A stretch of 64,000 nucleotides of DNA from Octopus bimaculoides (Eukaryota). The notes under the pieces are model-generated. The model worked only from the letters and a program-made list of their open reading frames with translations, made no database searches and was not told the origin of the DNA. A program made the position numbers and the translations under genes. Location: assembly GCF_001194135.2 (NCBI RefSeq), contig NC_068995.1:23334444-23398443 (forward strand), in the 5' to 3' direction. Of this stretch, positions 26,797-39,495 are shown piece after piece (position 1 is the first letter of the stretch; each line of letters starts with the position of its first letter).

Positions 26797-27318
26797 TGTG
26801 TATGTGAATATCTATGTACGCGTGTATGTATATGTCTATGTGTGAACTGTATATGAGCGCGTGTGTGTATATATGTGTCTATTTATTCACAGACACATAC
26901 ACACACACATGCTAAGTGCCCAACATGAAACGGAATCTGCCCAAATTTTGGCAGCCAACGAGAGAAATGGGAAAGAGTTGATTAAGATAATGTTCACCGA
27001 GACAAGAAACTGAATGAGAAAAAAAAAAGGAAAGAGTTGGAAAAAAGTGAAAATTTTAACAATTGTGGCGAAAATTGGCACATAAAGCTACTTTGTATCT
27101 GTGAAAATCAGAATGGCTGTTTCGACCGAAAGTTATATACTGATTCCAATGAAATGAGAGCGAATGCGAAATGTTAGGCGTGTATTTGTATTTGTGTACG
27201 CCTATGTCTATGTGAAAGCGCTGCTTGTCTGTGTGTATTTATCTGTGTGCGTGAATGTGTGACTATGTTTTTGATTACTCACCTGAAGTGTAGGATATTG
27301 CGTCTCTTACATGCATAT

Positions 27319-27800
27319 GGGTCGTTCCATGAGAAATCAACGCAGGTACCGGAAGTGAAACAAACCGATTTCTTTCAAACTTTTGCATGTTCAACTGTCT
27401 TCATATGAGACCCTTAAATATGAAACATTTTTTACTTGACTCTAATATTTACTGAGTTATAACCATTTGACTGTTTTCACGACGTGACATTTTTGGGGTT
27501 ACTCAACAACTTTGAGAAGCAATATCTCAGCTACTATTTGAGCTAGAAAGCTCTTTATTTTTTCAATTTAAAAAATTTAAATAGATCTACAATGTTGTTT
27601 GCTTTGTGTGTTTATTCTTTTAGATGAAAATTTTTAAAATGACCTAAAATTGGACCTTTCATAAGTTAAAAGACGCGGTCATTGATCGATTCTTTGGAGG
27701 TTTTGTCTAACTTTTGCCCTAGTTAGTCACAGCTCACATACAAAAATGTATACTGGGATATCAGTGAGAACTGTAGTTACAAGGTCTTCTATTAATAATG
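27319..27800. mobile_element. Probable non-autonomous DNA transposon remnant (one terminus)
   Basis: Starts GGGTCGTTCCATGAGAAATCAACGC, a TIR-like start, followed by subterminal-like motifs; the matching right end was not found. Confidence 0.3.
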
Positions 27801-27899
27801 GTTCATGATATAGAGCCTAATAAAATTACTTAAGTCTTAATTTTTTTTCAGATTAGATATATATGACCATTTTAGTTCCTTTCTGATTACAGATGGATG

Positions 27900-28406
27900 T
27901 AAAGTTCGACTCGTCTCTCAATTCCTTTTGTATCCTATCCTCTAGGCACAGCATTGTGTTCTACATTTCTACATAGAACGAAGGCATTATGGGATCCCTT
28001 AGATGATAGGAATGCCAACAATTTCTTTGATGATTCTAAGTGCTGGCAGTGGCATTGCCACTATTGACCATAGCAGAGCTGTAAAGTAGTTACAATTAAA
28101 GTAGACATTATTATTGAAATAATGAAAATGCTTATTTTGATTATCAGCACTGTTTTCTCCTTACCCATATATATGTAAGTGTGCTTTTTACTTGCTGTGT
28201 TCGGAAAGAGAGCTTTAAAAACTTCTCCTAGGAGAAATATTTGTACATTGCTATATCATTTTGAAAATGTATAAATCAACCCCTACAAGAGAACCTGCTT
28301 AGGAAAGGGATTCCAGAGAACCTTTATTCTACGTAGGAAGAGCGGATCACAATGCTGTGCCTGGCGTATAGTGTACAACAGGAATTGAGAGACGAGTCGA
28401 ATTTTA
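27900..28406. repeat. Inverted pair of a ~100-bp repeat (27900-28000 and 28307-28406), possible LINE 3' fragment
   Basis: TTCGACTCGTCTCTCAATTCC...AGGCACAGCATTGTG occurs on + and on -. The minus copy reads LFLRRIKVLWNPFPKQV, resembling FF.R....WN.LP..V. Confidence 0.75.
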
Positions 28407-28433
28407 GAGCTTGAGTGGTGATGGCATATTTCA

Positions 28434-28471
<38 letters not shown>

Positions 28472-28571
28472 NNNNNNNNNNNNNNNNNNNNNNNNNNNNN
28501 NNNNNNNNNNNNNNNNNNNNNNNNNNNNNNNNNNNNNNNNNNNNNNNNNNNNNNNNNNNNNNNNNNNNNNN

Positions 28572-28656
<85 letters not shown>

Positions 28657-29927
28657 CAAACACATATATGCATATACATTTAAAATTGCGTTTTAAAAGT
28701 TTAAAATCATTTAATTATTTTATTATTTCTGGTTCGGCTCATCAGCATCTATAAAATTTACCGAAGTTTTCCCGTATATCACTGCGTAAAGGACTTTCAC
28801 ACCCAAATCCTGAATACATTAAAAATTCAATTAAGCGTGTTGAACAACATCAAAAGTCTAATCTTATTTGCACGGCTTCGTTGAAACGAATCTACTTAGA
28901 TAAAGGTTAGCAGCAATAGATATATATCAAAGCAATTCATTCATAAAACACTTTTTTAACGAACATTTCTCTTGCAATCACATGCAAGACTTCTTTTTAG
29001 CCATCTTCAAAGTGCTGGGTTTTGGAAATTCCTTTGCATTATATATGACGTGCCTCTGTTTACTGGAAACCTATTTCTTCTTGTACATCCTTAGAGCAAT
29101 AACAGCAAATATCTAATCATTATTTCTTCCAGTCGTATATATCAGCTCCTTCTTTAATCACTGAAGATGACCTTTCGTTCCAGCAATCAGACTGCTCTCA
29201 ATTTATTTTAAACCTGTATATTATTGCTTACTCTCCATTTGTGACATTCATTCTTTCTTCCAAGTGAAGACTCTTTAATATGATGTACGTATATTTCTGA
29301 GGAAGTTAACGTAAAATTTACTTCAATACAAAACATTCACTTGTACTGTTATATGATTTCGTTCTATAATTGTAATAAAAAAAAATTCTTAACACTTGAA
29401 ATTAATAAACGCATGTAAAAACATTTTCATATAGACCACGTATTGCAAGTACTTTAGTCAGTGGTCTTCGCTTGCATTGTTGGAAAATATAACTAATGGA
29501 ACAAACTAGAAAATTTATATAGTAAACGGAATACCAAAGAGTCTACGTTTGATTTGTCTACAAGCCAACATGTATAATGTGTAAGTAAACAATAAACATT
29601 TAAATGGAGTAGAAGCAATATCTTTTGAGAAGTATATATACAGTAAATTTGTATCCATTATTTAATCGCGACGATTAAAATTAGAGTTCTCCAAGAATGG
29701 ATAATATTTTGATGTCATTTTTATTTCATATGATTTAAATACGCGTAGTCACGCTTAGGTTTAATTCAATATACTTGGTCGGCACAAAGCCAGCAATTTA
29801 TACATATATATATGTATGTATGTATATGTACACGCACGTGTTTGCGTGTATAAACATTTATTTGCGTTACGAGGTGCAAATGCAGTGATCACAGCACACG
29901 CCTACACGTCTATGATGNNNNNNNNNN

Positions 29928-29972
<45 letters not shown>

Positions 29973-30771
29973 TATATGTATGTATGTATGTATATGTACA
30001 CGCACGTGTTTGCGTGTATAAACATTTATTTGCGTTACGAGGTGCAAATGCAGTGATCACAGCACACGCCTACACGTCTATGATGGCTGGGTAGAGAAAA
30101 TTTATACTGAAGCCGAAGGGCTTGTAAGACGTTCGACCCCAGTAAAGGCACCCAAGGATCAGTTAGTATTATTAAACTACGTGACAAACTATAATTATAA
30201 AGTATACAGCAACATTTAAATATTTGATTTGTGTGTATGTAAAATTATCCATTTAGAAACGCCACCTTGCTCTGAACGCATAATGCAAAAATATCTATCA
30301 GTGAGTTCCATCCACCGAACTTTCCAATGCCCTTGTACAACTCAAACACGCAAATCTTTATCCTCCCTCAAGTGTCCATGATATAATATTTACTTGTGTG
30401 GTTATCAAGGCGCAAAATATTATCTACTAAGTGAGATCGGAGTCCACATCATATTTTAATCTGGACGTAGTGGCGCCAAATACAGGTACAATGTACCCAG
30501 TTTCTTAGTTACTTTTGCAGGAACCTCAGGTCTTGAAGAAAATTTGATGTTACCCACATTTGTCCCATACATTGTATTATAATGTATGCTCTGCCAAATT
30601 CACTATCCACATCGATTTCTATGTTTCCACATGCATTTAGCTACTCAGCAGTTAAGTATATATGTGATGGCAAGTGGATGTATGCGCTTGTATGTGTGCA
30701 CGTGCATGCATTATTTTCATTCACTGTAGGGTGGAATTTATATATGAACCTGCACACAGGCACACACGTAC

Positions 30772-30841
30772 ACACACATGTGTTAGCACACACACATGTG
30801 TTAGCACACACACATGTGTTAGCACACACACATGTGTTAGC
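30772..30841. repeat. 18-bp minisatellite (CACACACATGTGTTAGCA), ~4 copies
   Basis: Direct reading. Confidence 0.9.
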
Positions 30842-31114
30842 CATAATGCTTACACACGCACACACACGCACACATACATGTGTTAGCTATAATGCTTATG
30901 TCGAATGTGACATTTGAGCACCGCCAACGATGTGCAAATAAGACTGTCGATGTTACAAGTTTGAGGATTACGGATCGGTACAGGCAGTATTTTTGCAGTC
31001 TCATTTCTGTTTTGCGTTGCACTCTTAAGCCTGTAAATGCTGGTTAAAACAAAGTTTCTCATATCATTTTGACATGACGATCACGATTTTGTTCTTCTTC
31101 TTTATTCTTTGTTA

Positions 31115-31568
<454 letters not shown>

Positions 31569-31571
31569 ACT

Positions 31572-31821
31572 TAAATAAGCAGAAAGTGGAGAAAACTTTT
31601 GATTAACAAACAAATTGACCAACATCGGTTAATTATTTTTTTTAATACAAAGCGTAACAGGATATTTCTATCGAAGAGCGTGAAGCCGCCGCATGCCTCG
31701 ACCCGCGCGCTGAACGCCTCGGCTGGTGCGACGGCCGTACACATCAGTGTCAGTCTAATATTTGCGCCGCGACTAATGCGGAAGGCTGACCGTAAATTTT
31801 TCTCCATTTGCTGCGTATCTA
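31572..31821. mobile_element. MITE-like element, ~29-bp imperfect TIRs, CpG-rich core
   Basis: TAAATAAGCAGAAAGTGGAGAAAACTTTT vs reverse complement of 31793-31821, TAGATACGCAGCAAATGGAGAAAAATTTA (23/29 identical); TA at both ends. Confidence 0.5.
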
Positions 31822-32011
31822 AATTTGATAAACTTTTGTTTATTCAGGTTTTTATCTGTACCCTATGAGCATAGAGTGCTTGCATACCCATGCATTTACA
31901 TAGGTAAATGATACCCGTAGTAAGAACATATATTCTTACCCATTAGACAGTTATTCCAACCGCTAACTCTACTTACCTATTTATATATATGTGTGTGTGT
32001 TTTGTGTGTGT

Positions 32012-32047
<36 letters not shown>

Positions 32048-33310
32048 ATGTGTGTGTATTTCAACTCTTTGGCTTAATATATTCTCCAGTAACTTACTAT
32101 ATTTTCTGGTGTGTATATATCATTCTGGATGTATGTACTTAAATATGAACATGTATATATGTGTGCATAGATACATACAAATAGAAGTGCGCACACACAT
32201 GCATACACATGCTCGCATACACGCACACACGTATACACACACACACATATGTATATATAGACTAGTATAAGTAAGTGAATGAATACTGTCGCACATATCT
32301 GCTTTTGTGATTAATTTCTCTCACTAGCTTCCATTTTGTATTGCTGTTTCTCTACGTGTATATGTGCAGTGAATTGCTCGAAAATATTTACATATGTTTG
32401 TATATGTTCATTTAACTCAATAGAAATTGTAAATAGTTATTACATTGGATGAAAGTTTACATTATTTTAAGTGTTCTTCATCCGGAGAGCGCCACTAAGT
32501 AAATCTGAAATGTTTAATTTGAAAGAATTTAGAAAGTTCCTAATATATTAGCAGAAAGTTTATCTATGCTTTTGCTTAGTGTTAGAAATCTAATCAAACT
32601 TTAAGTAGGTGCTGATCGTCGCTTGGTGACATACGTTATAAAGCATTACTGCGCTGGCGAACAGATCTATGTGTTGCAGTGCGATGAGGCGAAATGATGG
32701 AGGGAGTAAACTAATGAAAACAAATTAAATAATTTTTAGTTAAATTTAGCGAAGGAAATTGATTACAAAACATAATAACAAATCGAATCTTTCATAATGT
32801 ATTCTTTGGAATTTAGAATAAACAACAACGAAAAACATTTAAGTAAATGAATACGTAAATAATTTAATAAAATAAACAAAATAAATGCTTTGTTGTTATT
32901 TTATGTTATTAAATAGAATCAATACTGCATGAGGATTTAAACAATTTATTTTATCAAATTAGCAATTTATAAGAGATGTTAAATCATTAACGATTACAGC
33001 CTTTACATTAATAGTAGAACTCGGCGACATAATTCACTTTTTGCTTAATTTTCAATGGAATTATTGAATTTCAATACAGGACACGATGAAAGAATCAGTT
33101 ATCTATGGATAATGAATAGTGCGTTCGTATCTCCTTTCGGAGGCTGATATGTCACATGAAGTTTTAACTATCTGTAGATAATATTTTATTCACGTTTCGG
33201 TGCTTGGAATTCGGAAGCTACTTTACAGAAGGAGATATACATGTAGTTTAGAAATTCACATCGAAGACCAGACAAAGAGCTTCACTGAGTGTTAAGAAAA
33301 ATAATAATAC

Positions 33311-33500
33311 TTTCTACTACAGGTACAAAGTCTAAAATTTGGGCGTGGGGAGATCCTAGTCAATTACATAGATCCCAGTGTTTAACTGATACTTATTTTA
33401 TAGATTCAGGGAGAATGTAAGGCGAAATCGACCACGCAGAGTTTGATTGATCACAGGGCGTAATAATGGATAAAATGACGCTAAGCATTTTGCCCGCCGT
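33311..33500 (-). mobile_element. SINE family A, degenerate
   Basis: TTTCTACTACAGGTACAAAG..CCCAGTGTTTAACTGATACTTATTTTAT..CTAAGCATTTTGCCCG. Confidence 0.7.
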
Positions 33501-33514
33501 AGATTGTTAAAAAT

Positions 33515-33675
33515 AATGATTCGAAATTATGGAAGAAGACCAGCAAAGTTGGGTGAATGTTATTAAGTCGATTATGTCGACCAACACTTAATCAACTGAC
33601 ACTTTTTGAACTAAGAAAAGGACAAGTCGACCATTTTGCCTAGCGTTATAACGATTCTACCAGCTTGCCGATTTA
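33515..33675 (-). mobile_element. SINE family A, degenerate with internal deletion
   Basis: AAGTCGATTATGTCGACC..AAGTCGACC..AACGATTCTACCAGCTTGCCG. Confidence 0.55.
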
Positions 33676-33767
33676 GGTCGTTACAATAATATTAATGCAT
33701 TTAGTGCATGAAACCTTGAAATATAAATTGGGAATATTTCTATCATATGCAATAAATTTATTTTTTT

Positions 33768-34011
33768 GCACCCTTTTAGAGCCTAGCCAGGCTCGTGGGC
33801 CCGGTTTCCCGGTTTTAATGGTGTATGTGTTCCCCAGCTGGACGGGACGCCAGTCCATAGCAGCGTTGCTCATTTTTACCAGCTGAGTGGACTGGAGCGA
33901 CGTGAAATGATGTGTTTTGCTCAAGAACACAACGCGTCGCCCGGTCCAGGAATCGAAACCACAATCATACAATCAAGATGCTGACACCCTAACCACTAAG
34001 CCACGCACCTC
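33768..34011 (-). mobile_element. SINE family C: tRNA head with CORE-like and V-domain-like segments
   Basis: Reverse complement has A box TGGCTTAGTGG, B box GGTTTCGATTCC, GTTGTGTTCTTGAGCAAAACAC (CORE-like) and GCTATGGACTGGCGTCCCGTCCAG (V-domain-like, from memory). Confidence 0.8.
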
Positions 34012-34181
34012 CACTAGCAAATATATTAGTCATTTGTTAGTCTTTTAATACATTTGCGTTAAAAATGATAAATATTGCTTTCTTTTTCTCTTTATATAAC
34101 TTACAACAATACACTCGACGGTTGTACACCTGGCATTATTCAACATTTAGTGAGACACGCTGCGATTATACGAAAACAGAC

Positions 34182-34484
34182 GCAGACGTGGTTATGTGGT
34201 GAGAAATATGCTTCCATACTACGTGACACTGTGTAGCATCTCTGGCAAGTTGTGTCTACCTCGTGCCGACCAAAACTTTGTGAGTGGAAGAATTCCATCG
34301 CATATGTGTGCGTGTTTGTGTTTATGTTTCTCACCTACCACCGCTTGACAGCAGGGTTGGGGAGTCTACGGTTCCGTAAATTATCAGTTCAGTGAAAAAG
34401 GGTAATAGAGTAATTACCAGGCTTAGAAAATTCAAGGTTGTTCCTCGGTGTAGTCATAGTTGAATGATTGACAGAAGTAGAATA
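34182..34484 (+). mobile_element. SINE family B, degenerate
   Basis: GTTATGTGGTGAGAA..GCCGACCAAAACTTTGTGAGTGG..CCGCTTGACA. Confidence 0.65.
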
Positions 34485-35579
34485 TTAAAGATGCAGATAT
34501 ATACATTCATAAACATATACATACGTATATATATATATATATGAATATATATATATNNNNNNNNNNNNNNNNNNNNNNNNNNNNNNNNNNNNNNNNNNNN
34601 NNNNNNNNNNNNNNNNNNNNNNNNNNNNNNNNNNNNNNNNNNNNNNNNNNNNNNNNNNNNNNNNNNNNNNNNNNNNNNNNNNNNNNNNNNNNNNNNNNNN
34701 NNNNNNNNNNNNNNNNNNNNNNNNNNNNNNNNNNNNNNNNNNNNNNNNNNNNNNNNNNNNNNNNNNNNNNNNNNNNNNNNNNNNNNNNNNNNNNNNNNNN
34801 NNNNNNNNNNNNNNNNNNNNNNNNNNNNNNNNNNNNNNNNNNNNNNNNNNNNNNNNNNNNNNNNNNNNNNNNNNNNNNNNNNNNNNNNNNNNNNNNNNNN
34901 NNNNNNNNNNNNNNNNNNNNNNNNNNNNNNNNNNNNNNNNNNNNNNNNNNNNNNNNNNNNNNNNNNNNNNNNNNNNNNNNNNNNNNNNNNNNNNNNNNNN
35001 NNNNNNNNNNNNNNNNNNNNNNNNNNNNNNNNNNNNNNNNNNNNNNNNNNNNNNNNNNNNNNNNNNNNNNNNNNNNNNNNNNNNNNNNNNNNNNNNNNNN
35101 NNNNNNNNNNNNNNNNNNNNNNNNNNNNNNNNNNNNNNNNNNNNNNNNNNNNNNNNNNNNNNNNNNNNNNNNNNNNNNNNNNNNNNNNNNNNNNNNNNNN
35201 NNNNNNNNNNNNNNNNNNNNNNNNNNNNNNNNNNNNNNNNNNNNNNNNNNNNNNNNNNNNNNNNNNNNNNNNNNNNNNNNNNNNNNNNNNNNNNNNNNNN
35301 NNNNNNNNNNNNNNNNNNNNNNNNNNNNNNNNNNNNNNNNNNNNNNNNNNNNNNNNNNNNNNNNNNNNNNNNNNNNNNNNNNNNNNNNNNNNNNNNNNNN
35401 NNNNNNNNNNNNNNNNNNNNNNNNNNNNNNNNNNNNNNNNNNNNNNNNNNNNNNNNNNNNNNNNNNNNNNNNNNNNNNNNNNNNNNNNNNNNNNNNNNNN
35501 NNNNNNNNNNNNNNNNNNNNNNNNNNNNNNNNNNNTATATATATATATATATATATGTATATTAATAATACCGAAGGGT

Positions 35580-36150
35580 AATTGGAAATATTTGAAATTT
35601 CAATTACCAGTGGCCCAGCGTGTAAAAAATTAGGTACTCCACTCCACTTGATGTTGGCAAATCATTACGGAATTGGTGCTTTGTCAGACGGAGGGGTATA
35701 GAAATATGCAGTTTACCCTATACAAACAACAATAGGGGCGAATTGCTGCGTATATCTTTGCTTAAAGTTATTGGATGTTATTTCCGAATACTGTCTTCTG
35801 ATAATATCGGATACTGTGAGAGCTGCCCTAGAGACATTAGACTCTGAGTTGCAGAATACACTCTGTTTGTAGCTGGTAGGATTTTTGATGTTACATTTTA
35901 TAATGTGTACTGGGAGCTGTTAAGGTAGGTGTTTGAGTCTACTGAGGCGTGCGAATTTTGAGTGATATTATCTAAACATGAGTAGCTTACCTTGACCTTA
36001 TGATAATTGAAGAGTTTATTATATTTATGGGTTTGTGGGAAAAAGTTATTTATAATCTTCAGAAAACCCTGAGTGATATTATGGGAACTTTCTAATATAA
36101 AGTGAGTATTAGACTAGATTATTTTTCACTTTCTAAGTCGCTTCATGGGT
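35580..36150 (-). pseudogene. Penelope-like element fragment (RT thumb/linker to GIY-YIG endonuclease)
   Basis: 36071-35952 reads QGFLKIINNFFPQTHKYNKLFNYHKVKVSYSCLDNITQ (cf. HFP..H.L.KIFN..TVKVSYSC). 35790-35746 reads YSEITSNNFKQRYTQ (cf. YIG.T...FK.RY.NH). Confidence 0.75.
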
Positions 36151-36990
36151 TATGGTATTATACCTTATATACACGTCTTCAAATGTATGTAATGCATTAC
36201 ACAAAGAGGGGTATTAGATCGGTGCCTTAGTTTCTAAATACCAGTTGTATTATCAGTACACACCTTTAAAATCATAAATGGTAGGTGTGTCCATATGCAT
36301 TTTTCTGTCGAGATTTTATATCCATTTGCATGGCTATTGAAAATTTGTGTCAACTAGAAAAATGAAAACGCGTTTTTTAATAACCTGTCATTTCGCTATT
36401 AATTATTAATTATTCTAATATAATCACTGCCAGCACCAAACTATCATTATGCTCGCATAACAGTATTTCAATATTTGCAACAACTGTCTACTAATCTGTA
36501 TAACCAAAACTATAATTAAGGCTTCACTAATTTTTTTTTTGTCATTTCGTCTTTTAGTGGCTGGATAGTTGGGAGGGAGTGACAGTGTCCATAATATTAT
36601 GTATTCCTTTACATCCTTTACTAGTATCTCTAGTGAAATCTAACTCTATGTTTTATAGCAAGAATCACATTGAAAATGAATAGTCATAAAGACTATTCAT
36701 ATTTGCATGATGTTCGTTAATTATATACTTAATATTTCTCTTGACATCACTAATTTTGAAAGTAAATTGATTCGGAGATGATGACTAAACATAGTCTGCC
36801 ATGGAATTTTAAAAGGATACTTCCCCTGTGGTCAAATTAATCCCTGCTTGTGTTATACCATATTCAAGAATGCCTTCATTAAATCCAATTAATCTACAAT
36901 GAAGAAGGAATAATGCGTGGAGAGAACATCACGTCACTCTTGCCAACGAGCCATAAAATCAATGTTTTCTGATTAAAAGATATCTCCACA

Positions 36991-37213
36991 ATACCAGTTT
37001 CAAATTTTGGCAGGAGGCCAGGAAATTCCGATAAGTTGCTAAGCCGATTCCATCGACCTCAGTGTTCAACTGGTACGTATTTTACAGACACCCCGTAAAC
37101 GTGAAAACCAAAGTCATCCTCGACGAACTTTGAAGTCAGAGCGTAAAAACGGACGAAATGCCGCTAAGTATTTTACCCAGCGTGTTAACTATTCTGCCAG
37201 AGTCATCGCCTTA
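36991..37213 (-). mobile_element. SINE family A, diverged
   Basis: GTTTCAAATTTTGGCA..CATCGACCTCAGTGTTCAACTGGTAC..GGACGAAATGCCGCTAAG..TTCTGCCAG. Confidence 0.8.
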
Positions 37214-38364
37214 ATGTTCTACATATTATTAACTGGATATATCTGTTCGTAACTATCAAATACTTATCGGTTCTACATTTATAACTGTGTTTTACGCTAG
37301 GTAATTTAGATGATATTGTTATCTCAGTTGTATAGAGTTTTAAAATGTATTAAAGTGGTATTTCATTGGAGTCGTCATTTATAAAACTTATACTATTCAG
37401 CTGGAAATAAAGAATGAAAATTAATGCTCTATGATGAATGTCTAGTTTGAATACTGGTTCGATACAAACACAGACTGAATGACAGTTCACTTTGAACTTA
37501 TTAGTTACAGCTGAGGTACCATGTGGAAAGCACAAAATATACAAGGGAATGTACAAGGAGGAGTGGAATAAGAATAACGTCTGGGAAAAACTAGAGAGAA
37601 CAACATGAAAATATACCACTCAATCTACTTATAAGGGCGACGCTCGAGTTCATCGCCGAAATTAAACACTTTGAAAGAACAATAAAGAATGATGAAGGAT
37701 CAAAAAGTAGGGACAATGGTCTGAATTGTAGCTGCTACAACGTCTTTAGAGAAATCAGAGCTCGCTTTTATGAACAAAAACATTAGAATAACAACAATTT
37801 TTTTTTGTATTATATAATTAAATTTCAACTGCTGTTTATGGGGCAGAAAGTCGGTTAAGTTATAGAAAATTACACCTTTGTGAATATTGTATTGCAGGGA
37901 CAAATCTGTGATAGAAAAAGCAATTTTAAAACGGGAAAAGCGACGCCTAAAACTGAAGAGAAGATGTATGGAAACAAAGCTGGGTGTGAAGGACAGATAA
38001 AGGAAGCGATAAAAAGAGGAGGCACCCTATATTATTATACAACTGCAGTCTGCCTATTACTATAGGTTTACTGATGTGAGGCTTCTATGTCATGAAAATT
38101 GATTGAATACCAGACTTTTGAAATATGTAATATAAATAAACGAATAAGGATTCAAGAATTATATATTTGTATACACATTGAAATTTAGTATACATTAGTA
38201 TAACTTCGAATATTTGTTACTACCACCGAGATCTACACCCGTGGTCGGCTTCAGTTTACTGCCTTGTGATATATTTTGGTAAAATATAAACAAAGAACGG
38301 AACACCTTTTGTCTCCTTTATGTATCTTTTTCTACGGTACCAGATATATTATCAATTATAAAGT

Positions 38365-38405
<41 letters not shown>

Positions 38406-38429
38406 CTGTGTGGGTGTGTGGGTGTGTGT

Positions 38430-38468
<39 letters not shown>

Positions 38469-39308
38469 ATTAACGTATTTGTCTATTTGATCATATTACC
38501 ATCAAGTTCGTACAAACTGAATATATGCATTTTTAGTCAAAATCTTCAAAGTTATGTATATACCTATGTACTTCTTGAGTTATCCGTGTCTAGCCATCGA
38601 CTGAATGAAATGGTCAAATGTGTATCTAATTTCACAATTTTATACTATATGTAATATTTATTACTACATATTTGCTTTTATAGTAGTTGAATTTAAAAGT
38701 GCTTTTATACTAATTATTTATTATTACATGATTTATAGGATACATCGCAGTTGAATATGTTCATGATGTCCACTTACAAATATTTAGTCTAAATATTTTA
38801 CTACTGTAACTCATTAAAAGTATTTTAATATTTAAAATCATTAAAAAAAACTGTGAAAATGATAAACATTTTTCACACAATATAAATGGTAAATTTAATA
38901 TTACTATGTATGTTCACTATTTATAGCAAACCTGATTCATAGCAACCATTCATAGAAAGTTTTGTTTTCATTCTAAACGGCAACATTGGCTATTGATTAA
39001 TGTATTAGGCACCGTAACGTATGTAACATTACTGGTGTAATCATGTCTCTATGTCGCATATATACGTACAAACACACACATACACATGCACACAGACATA
39101 CACACACGAATACACACACACAAATTCGTGGACAAACAAAAATGGCACTCAACACATGAAGTAGAATGTTATATATATTCTTAAATAAAAGCTTGATTCA
39201 ATTGTACGTCATAAGACTTCCTGTATGCGTAGATGTCTTCTGATCTCTGATGAGATGGATGTATCCTATCCGCCCAAGAAACATTAAATAATACGAAGCT
39301 TAAAGTAT

Positions 39309-39309
<1 letters not shown>

Positions 39310-39349
<40 letters not shown>

Positions 39350-39453
39350 CCCACACACACACACACGCACATACATACACATACACACACACACACACAC
39401 GAGCGTTGTATGTGTAAGTGTGTGCGTGTGTGTGTGTGTGTAGGTGTGTGTGT

Positions 39454-39492
<39 letters not shown>
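39310..39492. repeat. (CA)n...(TG)n inverted microsatellite
   Basis: Direct reading; centre near GAGCGT at ~39401. Confidence 0.9.

Positions 39493-39495
<3 letters not shown>

Noticed and set aside
29800-30085. Exact ~115-bp direct duplication either side of a 10-N gap (ORF 29816-30094)
   Set aside because: Identical copies across a tiny gap are most simply unmerged overlapping contig ends, i.e. an assembly artefact.
34541-35581. Long ORFs spanning N gaps (also 47-48, 54-55 and 59 kb)
   Set aside because: They are open only because N codons contain no stops.
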